Shown one piece after another: positions 17,716-26,074 of a stretch of 64,000 nt of DNA. The stretch is taken from NCBI GenBank assembly GCA_015233245.1, contig JADFYB010000001.1, forward strand, positions 23,386 through 87,385, read 5' to 3'. Position 1 is the first letter of the stretch. The number at the start of each line of letters is the position of its first letter. This stretch comes from Nitrospirota bacterium. Lineage in GTDB: Bacteria > Nitrospirota > Thermodesulfovibrionia > Thermodesulfovibrionales > Magnetobacteriaceae. The position numbers were made by a program, and so were the translations under genes. The notes under the pieces are model-generated. The model was given only the letters and a program-made list of their open reading frames with translations, was not told the DNA's origin and made no database searches.

Positions 17716-19359
17716 TTACTTTTTTCCCCTGAGCATTTCATTAACAATATCCAGATTAATCCGGGCAGGCTCCATCCCCGGGTCATATTTAAGTGCATTT
17801 TCAAACGCGGTACGTGCCTCATCTGTTTTTCCAACCCTTAACAGGGCAATCCCAAGACCATTAAAACCAATGGAAATATTGGGGCCGGCTATTGGTATTG
17901 ATTTCTTGAAATACCAGATGGCATCTGTCACTCTGTTAAGAGCCAAAAGTTCAAATCCTGCATTTATGTAAGGTTTACCAAATCCTGGTTTCAGGGAAAT
18001 TGCTTTCTTATAGCTTATAAAAGCATCAACATGGTTTCCTTCTGAGGCTTTTATGTACCCAAGGTTATAGTATGCCATGTAGTTTTTAGCGTTTACCTCA
18101 ATGGCGCGATTTGTGAGCGTTAAGCTGTCTCTCCAGTATGAGGCTTCAACCCTTGCAAAATGAGACAGAAGGAGTACAAGAATTGCTCCAAAGACTGTTA
18201 TAGGAGGTTTTAATTTTGGAAACCTCTCAATCAGTTTGAAAACGCAAACCACTGCCAAAACAAAAATCCCTGTGTATGGGATATACGTGTATCTGTCGGC
18301 CATGGACTGAAGCTCCACCTGAATGAGACCTATTACAGGAAGCAGCGAGATAAAAAACCAACCCCATCCAACTATAAGCCACGGCATAGTTTTTATCTTT
18401 ATCAAAGACACGGTAGTTATAGTAATTATTAAAACCGCTGAAATGATGACAAGCAAAGCTGGAATGCTTTCAGGCATAGGGTAAAAATTAGACAGTTCGG
18501 ATGGATACACGGCAAGATACAGGTACTTAATGTATGACACCAGAGCGTTACCAGCTCTTAGAGAAAGCGGAAAGCGTTGAAGGGGCATCAGGTGCCCGCC
18601 ACTTTTTTGGACATAAACCGTTATGACACAGGAGACGGCAGATAGGGCAAAAAAAGGGATTTTTTCTAGTACAATTGCAGCAGCTTTTTTTATAATCCTC
18701 AAATCTGTTCTGTTTGAGAATCTGTTAAGAGGCCAAAAATCCAGCAGCAAAAGCAGAACAGGAAGCGTAACTGCCATAGGTTTAGACATAAGTGAAAGGA
18801 TAAAAAGAGTCAGCGTCAGCATATACCGGAGGATGTTTCCTTTACGCACATAGGAGACATAGCTAAACATGGTGAGAAAAAACCAGAAAGCGCTCAGCAC
18901 ATCTTTTCTTTCCGATACCCACGCTACCGACTCAACGTGCATAGGGTGTATTGCAAAAAGTGATCCGACTATTGCTCCTTGCAGCATATTCCCATGTAAA
19001 AGTTTAACAAAAAGGATAAACACCAGCAGAGAGTTTACCGTGTGTATTATAACGCTTGTGATATGATGTCCCATTGGGCGCATTCCGTAGAGTTGAAAAT
19101 CCGCAAGATGTGTTAACCATGTAAGAGGGAACCAGTTGCCGTCGTTATCAGTGGTAAATGCCCACTTGATGCTCTCTTTGGTAAAACCCATTTGAACAAA
19201 AGGGTTGGCGGTTATGTAGCGGTTGTCATCGTAAATAAGAAACTGGAAATTCCTTGTATCCTGATACACATAGAGGGTTAACACTATAATCAAAACTGAG
19301 TAAATGACCCCATGTATCCACAGAGACCTGGGGCTATAAGAAAAACTATTTTCAGCCAT
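17716..19359 (-). CDS. TMTC-like GT-C membrane protein with C-terminal TPR repeats (DUF1736-type)
   Basis: 547 aa. The first loop carries a DD motif (FLIYDDNRYITANPFV). The block HPMHVESVAWVSERKDVLSAF is conserved. TPR repeats fill the last ~170 aa. It is about 50% identical by eye to 53569..55194. Confidence 0.75.
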   Translation of the reverse strand: MAENSFSYSPRSLWIHGVIYSVLIIVLTLYVYQDTRNFQFLIYDDNRYITANPFVQMGFTKESIKWAFTTDNDGNWFPLTWLTHLADFQLYGMRPMGHHITSVIIHTVNSLLVFILFVKLLHGNMLQGAIVGSLFAIHPMHVESVAWVSERKDVLSAFWFFLTMFSYVSYVRKGNILRYMLTLTLFILSLMSKPMAVTLPVLLLLLDFWPLNRFSNRTDLRIIKKAAAIVLEKIPFFALSAVSCVITVYVQKSGGHLMPLQRFPLSLRAGNALVSYIKYLYLAVYPSELSNFYPMPESIPALLVIISAVLIITITTVSLIKIKTMPWLIVGWGWFFISLLPVIGLIQVELQSMADRYTYIPYTGIFVLAVVCVFKLIERFPKLKPPITVFGAILVLLLSHFARVEASYWRDSLTLTNRAIEVNAKNYMAYYNLGYIKASEGNHVDAFISYKKAISLKPGFGKPYINAGFELLALNRVTDAIWYFKKSIPIAGPNISIGFNGLGIALLRVGKTDEARTAFENALKYDPGMEPARINLDIVNEMLRGKK

Positions 19360-19516
19360 TTACCAGATATTATAACTTAAAGGGAATATTAATGGGTTAT
19401 TGTAAAATGGTTAAAGTTGACGGATAGAATTTGCTGGTGGTTTAATTTCAACAATAGGTGAAGTACAGTACCAGTGAAACGGTTATTAAGTAGTGTAACT
19501 TGATATATGGCAATTG

Positions 19517-19545
19517 TTGCAAATATTTCTATTGTTCATTATAAT
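19517..19545 (+). promoter_or_regulatory. Near-consensus sigma70 promoter upstream of the MBOAT operon
   Basis: TTGCAA (19517..19522), a 17-nt spacer and TATAAT (19540..19545). The ATG of the small ORF at 19554 is only 8 nt past the -10 element. Confidence 0.4.
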
Positions 19546-19553
19546 GATATAAC

Positions 19554-19814
19554 ATGAGAAATAAGAAGATTTTCATAATCCTGTCGAGTATCGTCGCATG
19601 TCTTTCAATAATGGAGTATATAGCCGGTCTTATTTCCTTCGAAAGATATAACTGTCCACTTGACAGAGTAAATTGGGATTCTGAAAATCCTACGGTTAAG
19701 GATAAAGAAGCAGTAGCTTGTTTTATGAAACTCCTCAGTATCGAGAGCAATGCACTATGGGCAAAAGCACAGGTGGATTTCATAGTTAAAAACAATATTA
19801 TAACTGGCACATAA
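19554..19814 (+). CDS. Small hypothetical protein with N-terminal hydrophobic/signal-like segment
   Basis: 86-aa ORF (MRNKKIFIILSSIVACLSIMEYIAGL...). It has no RBS and would be leaderless from the promoter above. An equally long antisense ORF exists, so coding status is uncertain. Confidence 0.35.
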   Translation: MRNKKIFIILSSIVACLSIMEYIAGLISFERYNCPLDRVNWDSENPTVKDKEAVACFMKLLSIESNALWAKAQVDFIVKNNIITGT

Positions 19815-19828
19815 GATATAATTATTTC

Positions 19829-21316
19829 ATGCTTTTTAACTCATATGTCTATTTGTTTGCCTTTTTGCCAGCAACAATCTGCGTCTATTTTTTTCTCAAT
19901 AAGTTAAAAAAAACCTTCGCTGCAAGAGTCTCTCTTATTTTAGCCTCTTTTATATTCTATTCATGGTGGAATATCTGGGATTTACCTGTGATAATTATAA
20001 GTATAATATTTAATTACACTATTGGACTAAGACTCGGAAAAACAGATATTTCCAGCGACAGGAAACGATTGTTTATAACCGGTGTATCACTTAATATATT
20101 GCTGCTGATATTTTATAAATATACCGATTTTTTAATTTTAAACATAAATACTGTTTTCAACACCAGCATTAACACACTTAAACTGACCCTGCCTCTTGGC
20201 ATCAGTTTTTTCACCATAACTCAGATTGCCTACCTGTCTGACGCATACAAACAGACTGTTAAAGAGTATAAGGGTACGAATTATTCGCTTTTTGTGACTT
20301 TTTTCCCTCACCTGCTTGCTGGCCCAATACTGCACCACAGAGAGATGATGCCGCAGTTTGACAGAATGAGAAATAAAGTGTTTAGTTCAAAAAACACCGT
20401 AAGAGCTCTCGTCCTTATTGTAATAGGTCTGATAAAAAAAATTGCTATAGCCGATTATCTCTCTGCGTGGGCTGATTTTGGGTTTGACACTGCAGGAAAT
20501 CTCACAATGCTTCAGGCATGGATATCCAGTTTGTCCTATACGCTTCAGATTTATTTTGATTTTTCCGGCTACACCGATATGGCGTTGGGCTCTGCACTGT
20601 TGCTAAATATTCACCTTCCACTTAATTTTAATTCACCCTATAAGTCGTTAAATATCCGCGAGTTCTGGAGAGCATGGCATATGACGCTGAGCAGATTTCT
20701 GCGTGATTATCTCTATATCCCTTTGGGCGGAAACAGGTGCGGCACGACACGGATTAATCTCAACATAATGCTCACTTTTATTATAGGAGGTATATGGCAC
20801 GGAGCCGGATGGGGATTTCTTATCTGGGGAGCCCTGCATGGTTTTGCATACGCTTTGTATCGCTTCTGGCAAAGTACCGGTCTTAGGTTAACAAGACCAA
20901 TAGCGTGGTTTTTGACTTTCAACTTTATAAACATAACATGGATTTTCTTCAGAGCAAAATCATTAGCCGATGCTGTTAAGGTTATCAAGGGGATGGTTAA
21001 TTTTGGCAGCATAGAGGTTAAAACATTTCTTAATACGGCACTTTTATTTACTATGGATTTTATAAATTTGTTTCAGGACGAAGAAAAATTCCAGGCACTC
21101 GGCACTTTATTCAACTATTTTGCTGCAGATGCCGCTAAAATTCTGTGTTTAGCCATACTTATAACAGTGTGTGTCTCCTGTGGCAATTCAAATGATATTT
21201 CAAAGGACTTTTCCCCCAACTCAAGAAACGCTCTGCTGTTTGGTTTTTTAGGGGCAGTTGCCATTATGTTGCTCCATACAGAAAAACTCTCAAAATTTCT
21301 GTATTTCAATTTTTAA
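19829..21316 (+). CDS. MBOAT-family membrane O-acyltransferase (AlgI/DltB/WssH-like)
   Basis: 495 aa. The family-typical N-terminus MLFNSYVYLFAFLP is present. FWRAWHMTLSRFLRDYLYIPLGGNR contains the conserved MBOAT His region, and IWHGAGW is also present. Confidence 0.9.
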   Translation: MLFNSYVYLFAFLPATICVYFFLNKLKKTFAARVSLILASFIFYSWWNIWDLPVIIISIIFNYTIGLRLGKTDISSDRKRLFITGVSLNILLLIFYKYTDFLILNINTVFNTSINTLKLTLPLGISFFTITQIAYLSDAYKQTVKEYKGTNYSLFVTFFPHLLAGPILHHREMMPQFDRMRNKVFSSKNTVRALVLIVIGLIKKIAIADYLSAWADFGFDTAGNLTMLQAWISSLSYTLQIYFDFSGYTDMALGSALLLNIHLPLNFNSPYKSLNIREFWRAWHMTLSRFLRDYLYIPLGGNRCGTTRINLNIMLTFIIGGIWHGAGWGFLIWGALHGFAYALYRFWQSTGLRLTRPIAWFLTFNFINITWIFFRAKSLADAVKVIKGMVNFGSIEVKTFLNTALLFTMDFINLFQDEEKFQALGTLFNYFAADAAKILCLAILITVCVSCGNSNDISKDFSPNSRNALLFGFLGAVAIMLLHTEKLSKFLYFNF

Positions 21317-21330
21317 ACAATGAGAGCCCT

Positions 21331-22455
21331 ATGAAGATCAATATTTATAAAAAATGGATAATCATTTTCTTTTTTATATTATTTTCTCCTGTTTTTTTCA
21401 ATTTAATTATTGATTCAAACGGGTATTTGCAAACTATAAAAGTTAACAGGCTAAATGCAAACAAGTACGAAATCATATCAGAGTATGCAACAAAACTGTA
21501 TTATGCAAGGCGGGCACAACCGGAGGCTTTAATGCTTGGCACATCAAGGATGATGGTTTTTAAACCCTCTGGTGTACAACACCATATAAATATGAAAACT
21601 TACAACCTGTCCCTTTCCGGTTCAAATGTTTACGAACAGTTCAGCTATTTTTACTATATGGTTAAAAACTACAACATAAGGTATGTGATTTTAAGTTTGG
21701 ATTTTTTTTCATATAATCCTGAAAATAAAAACAAGATTGGTTTTACTGAAAGGCGGTTTAAGCATGGATTTTTGCTCAGTGATTTTGAAGCGGAGCTTTT
21801 GGGGCTACAGAGTCTGAAATCAAGTATCGACACTGTAAGGAACAACATTACCAGGAAATGTGAACCCATAAACTTGTCAGAGGGTTACAGCACGTGGTGT
21901 GAGAAGGAAAAAGCGTTGCAGGAATACGGCGATATAATCATCCAGCGAGACATGAAAAACTCCCTGCGGGTGTTTTCCACAGACCCGCTTGGTTACAATT
22001 CTGAGGCATTTAGAAATCCTGATTCAATTAACGATAATCTCCGGCTTCTTAAACGCATTGTTGACACTTGTAAGGAGCGGAGAATTACCCTGAAACTCTA
22101 TATCAGCCCGGTGTATAAGAATCAGTTTGATTTAATATACGCAATGGGACTAAGTAAGACTTATGAAAAGTGGAAATATGAAATAGCGCAACTATCTGAT
22201 TACTACGATTTTACAGGACGAAACACTGTCACATCAAATCAAAACCTGTGGTGGGACACCTCGCACCTTAAGAGTCAATACGGTAAGTACATCTTCGCAC
22301 GTATCTTTAGCGATAACCAAACATCAGTTCCAGAGGATTTCGGCATACTTATGACAAAAGAAAATGTCACACAAAACATTGCAAAACTCCACACCCAGGT
22401 TAGATCTAAAGACATAAAACAAATCCTACAATTAAGCGGCGATGGCGACGATTAA
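21331..22455 (+). CDS. Hypothetical membrane-anchored protein, candidate DltD/AlgJ-type partner of the MBOAT
   Basis: 374 aa with one N-terminal TM helix. A GTSR block (LMLGTSRMM) is reminiscent of SGNH/DltD block I. It lies 15 nt after the MBOAT gene. Function is inferred mainly from position. Confidence 0.4.
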   Translation: MKINIYKKWIIIFFFILFSPVFFNLIIDSNGYLQTIKVNRLNANKYEIISEYATKLYYARRAQPEALMLGTSRMMVFKPSGVQHHINMKTYNLSLSGSNVYEQFSYFYYMVKNYNIRYVILSLDFFSYNPENKNKIGFTERRFKHGFLLSDFEAELLGLQSLKSSIDTVRNNITRKCEPINLSEGYSTWCEKEKALQEYGDIIIQRDMKNSLRVFSTDPLGYNSEAFRNPDSINDNLRLLKRIVDTCKERRITLKLYISPVYKNQFDLIYAMGLSKTYEKWKYEIAQLSDYYDFTGRNTVTSNQNLWWDTSHLKSQYGKYIFARIFSDNQTSVPEDFGILMTKENVTQNIAKLHTQVRSKDIKQILQLSGDGDD

Positions 22456-22478
22456 ACAGTGAAATTTTACCCAAACTC

Positions 22479-25025
22479 CTATTTTTCAATTAGTTTAGAT
22501 CGTGGCGAGAAATATAAACGCAAGTTCAAACCAGCTATCCACTCAGTGTAATCAGGGGACTTATTCATTTCAAAAGTGCCGCCAGCTGCCAAATATTTTG
22601 TAATCAGTTTGAGTCCATGAACGTTTATATAGTATCCTATTCCCTTTACGGTTGAACCCTCGTAAGTGTTGCCTCCTACATGAAAATCCTCAGGATAGGG
22701 AAACATAGGTGCATCATCGCTCTGGGAATTAAAATATCCGGCTGAAAACTGGGCGTCAATAAAGTAATCCCTGCATTGGTTTACTTGAAAGTGTGCAAAT
22801 GGTCCAACCGAATAATAAATGTTTGGGCTATAGTAACCGCCATATCCGTGAGTATAAAATCCCGAGTTGCTATTAAAATGTGAATCTGTAAGAGCAATTC
22901 CCGTTGAAAAACTGGTTGCGTCAGTCATAAATGTGGCACCAAGAGAGACATTGGCGTGATACGCAGAGTTTTCAATCACACCTATTCCGTTGTAGGAGTC
23001 AAACCCACCCTTTATTGATATCCAAAACGGTTTAAACGGTGTAATAACAAGCTCTCCTTCAGCTCCGGTCTTTACCACCCGTCCCCACTTGTCAGTGCCG
23101 TAGGGGTCTTTTAATCCAATATAGGACAGGATAGACTCTGCAATTGGCATCCTGTGAAGGTTAATATTCCAGTGTGCTGTCCCTATGCCAGCATCAAGAG
23201 TGATTGTTGGATCGATGGGGCCATTAAATGGTGTTGTACCCAGCTTTATGGCATAGTGAAGCTCTCCTTCTTTTTCCAGTTTTACCTCCGGTGTATAGAC
23301 ATAGGCTGAGGTAATAAGAGATACGGGGTTTAATACGTTTCTGTAGGTGCCGGTAAATGGCAGTGGGGGAGCAGTACCTGAGAATAAGTGTTGATCTGTA
23401 AATGATGCTGTTATTTTCTTATCGGGAGCTATTGTAAATGAGTAGCTGACAGGAATTGAATATTCCCAAAGTCTTGAAAGCCCGCTGTCACCGCTTTTAA
23501 CCCTTATTGAAGACGACAACGAAAGCACTGGTTTTTCGTAATTATAGTAGCAGGAATCTGCACCGCAATATGAGTAAGCAGCACGCATAGTTTCACCCTT
23601 GTCAAAAAAATAATCTCCGGTTAGTTTTTTAAGTTTTTCGTCATTCAGTGTCAACAGTGTGTTGGCAAATGATTCTGCTTTTTTTATATCACCACTGTCG
23701 TTATAGGCAGATAAGATTACCTGAGCAGTGGCAGGGTCCTTTTTAGTCTCAAAAACAGATAGAAACACAGGCAGTGCGTCACTAACCCTTCCCTGTTTAT
23801 ATATGCTCCAGGCTAAAAGCGTTGTATCATTATCATCACCGCCGCTTATCTCTATTGATTTCAAAGTATATTGTTCTGCCTCTTTATAGTTTTGTGCATC
23901 AAAGGCCTGTGAGGCGTTCTCTTTATATATGCCGGCTTTTATGTCTTTAAAATCCGCCGCCGCTTCATACTTCTCAATTAAAGCCAAAGCCTCGTCAGTC
24001 CATTTTAATTTGACAAGGGTGTATATCAGCCCTGAGACATAATCTGTATCATTAGGCTCAATAGCGTGAAGTTTGGAAAATCCCTCATAGGCTTTATCGT
24101 ACTTTTCAGTGTGGTAAGCGTGCCATGCAAGTGCCGAAATTGCTGCAACATCATCAGGGTTAATTGAGAGTATTTTTTTTGCGATAGATTCGGTGTTTTC
24201 CTTATCATCATTAAGCTCATCGTGAAGCAGTGTAAGTTTTATTTCAACAAGTGTTTTAGCATAGTCCTCAGGCAGTCTGTCCCGCTTTTCCTCTGCTTCA
24301 ATCGTTGCTAACTCATCTGTCAAAGACATCAGGGGTTTAAGCGAATAGAACACTCCCTTGCGAATTCCCCATTCCTTAGGGCAGGATTTAAGCAGCCTCT
24401 GAAAAATTTCCAACGACTCTGTTTTTTTACTGCTTTTGCTTAAAAACTCACCTGCATCAAAAAAAGTGCCTGGAAGTTCACACTTCATTAAGTAGTGTCT
24501 ATGTGTCTGTGTAAGATTAAGGAGCTCTGTAACGTTACCGGCTTTTACGGCTTCTTTAACCTGTTCAGGAAAAAATTCCTTATCTATTATCTCTTGCACC
24601 TTCTGACGGTCTTTACCTTCAAGCATATTTAGATATAATTCAGCCTTAACAAAATCTTTTTGGGCAATCATCACCCATACAATGTCCGATACAACATCTT
24701 GCAGCTTATAACGTTTATCAAGAAGTATATCATAATTAGAAAGTGCAAGCTCAGCCTTTCCAAGTTTTACATAACAACGTGCCAATCCTAATGTTGCCTC
24801 TAAAACACTTTTTTTGAAGGTTTGAGCATATTTAAAGAGATCGACGGCTTGTTTGTAGTTGCCTATTTGATAATACTGCCAGCCCTTATAGGCAAAGTAA
24901 GAACCGTCATTTTTTTCATCCCCTGCCGTCACATTATCTGCTGTCACATCCTCTGCAATAGCTTGATTGTGACATGACAAAACAACAACCGCAATAAAGA
25001 CAAGCAGTGTTTTTATGGATTTCAC
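22479..25025 (-). CDS. bcsC: Cellulose synthase operon protein C (TPR region plus C-terminal outer-membrane beta-barrel)
   Basis: 848 aa with a signal peptide. The N-terminal two thirds are TPR-rich. The C-terminus is Gly/aromatic-rich beta-barrel-like and ends in an aromatic-rich strand. It is the last gene of bcsABZC, and its GTG start overlaps the bcsZ stop (GTGA). Confidence 0.85.
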   Translation of the reverse strand: MKSIKTLLVFIAVVVLSCHNQAIAEDVTADNVTAGDEKNDGSYFAYKGWQYYQIGNYKQAVDLFKYAQTFKKSVLEATLGLARCYVKLGKAELALSNYDILLDKRYKLQDVVSDIVWVMIAQKDFVKAELYLNMLEGKDRQKVQEIIDKEFFPEQVKEAVKAGNVTELLNLTQTHRHYLMKCELPGTFFDAGEFLSKSSKKTESLEIFQRLLKSCPKEWGIRKGVFYSLKPLMSLTDELATIEAEEKRDRLPEDYAKTLVEIKLTLLHDELNDDKENTESIAKKILSINPDDVAAISALAWHAYHTEKYDKAYEGFSKLHAIEPNDTDYVSGLIYTLVKLKWTDEALALIEKYEAAADFKDIKAGIYKENASQAFDAQNYKEAEQYTLKSIEISGGDDNDTTLLAWSIYKQGRVSDALPVFLSVFETKKDPATAQVILSAYNDSGDIKKAESFANTLLTLNDEKLKKLTGDYFFDKGETMRAAYSYCGADSCYYNYEKPVLSLSSSIRVKSGDSGLSRLWEYSIPVSYSFTIAPDKKITASFTDQHLFSGTAPPLPFTGTYRNVLNPVSLITSAYVYTPEVKLEKEGELHYAIKLGTTPFNGPIDPTITLDAGIGTAHWNINLHRMPIAESILSYIGLKDPYGTDKWGRVVKTGAEGELVITPFKPFWISIKGGFDSYNGIGVIENSAYHANVSLGATFMTDATSFSTGIALTDSHFNSNSGFYTHGYGGYYSPNIYYSVGPFAHFQVNQCRDYFIDAQFSAGYFNSQSDDAPMFPYPEDFHVGGNTYEGSTVKGIGYYINVHGLKLITKYLAAGGTFEMNKSPDYTEWIAGLNLRLYFSPRSKLIEK

Positions 25026-26074
25026 AAATCGTTGCCCTTTTTAACGAGAAGATAGAGGGTGTAGGAGTAATAATTTTCCTTTTCGTTTGCAAGCTTATCT
25101 TGTGCTTCTTTAGATAGTTTGGCACTTAACTCCCCGTCTCCCGACTTTGAAAAGGCAAGAGAATATATGGCATAAAACCCTGACGGGGCTGTGTCAGCGG
25201 AGGCTGATGCTTTAGTTGCATTGTCAGAAAGATCAATCTGAGCCGGAATAGCACCGGTTTGCTTATATATTTTTGAAATCTCTTTCAGACCCTCCTGATA
25301 CGGAACAACTTTGTCCAGTGAAAGATAAAGAAAAGTTCTTATCGCATCATAACCAAACACCTGGAGGTTTTCACTGCTAAGTTGAAGTCCCTTACTGGTC
25401 AGGGCAATCCAATCGCCTGGCAGCTTATACTTACTGAACGTACACTGCCCCAAAATGGTAATGGAGTCTTTATATGTTTTTTCCCAAAATGCTTTGTCAT
25501 CAACACTTGCAAACAGCTTGTATGCCGGAGGGATTATATAAGAGGGGTTTAACGCTATTGAATCATTTTTTGTAAATCCATAGTAACCTGGAAGTAGAAC
25601 GTTCATTCCCTGCCATTTGATTGAAAGATTTGACCTTACAGCTCCAACTATTTTTGCACCTTCTGTCTTGTAAGCGTTATTTTGCCACTTGTTTGCTGCC
25701 TTAATCAGGGCAAACGCTATTAGAACGTCGCCATCTGTGGCATTGTTATAGTCAATCACATCCCATTTATCGTTTGCTCTTTTACCCCAGCTCCACACAG
25801 ACAGATTGTCTTTTCTGACCATGAGGTTGTTTTTTGTCCATTTATAGAGCTTGTCAAAGGTACCTCTGTCATTATATAAAACACTAAGCAGCATCCCATA
25901 GCCCTGTCCTTCGGAGTGGCTTATCTGCCCCTGATAGAAGTCAACCACGCGACCGTCGGCCTGGATAAACGTGGATTTGTATTTTTCCCAAAGCGCATTA
26001 TCATCTGCGCCGGATGATGTGCAGAAGAGCATTGAGAGTATTACACTAACCACTATGGTCCGTATTTTTACCAA
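25022..26074 (-). CDS. bcsZ: Endo-1,4-beta-glucanase, glycoside hydrolase family 8
   Basis: 350 aa with a signal peptide. The GH8 motifs SEGQGYGML and ATDGDVLIAFAL are present. Confidence 0.9.
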   Translation of the reverse strand: MVKIRTIVVSVILSMLFCTSSGADDNALWEKYKSTFIQADGRVVDFYQGQISHSEGQGYGMLLSVLYNDRGTFDKLYKWTKNNLMVRKDNLSVWSWGKRANDKWDVIDYNNATDGDVLIAFALIKAANKWQNNAYKTEGAKIVGAVRSNLSIKWQGMNVLLPGYYGFTKNDSIALNPSYIIPPAYKLFASVDDKAFWEKTYKDSITILGQCTFSKYKLPGDWIALTSKGLQLSSENLQVFGYDAIRTFLYLSLDKVVPYQEGLKEISKIYKQTGAIPAQIDLSDNATKASASADTAPSGFYAIYSLAFSKSGDGELSAKLSKEAQDKLANEKENYYSYTLYLLVKKGNDL

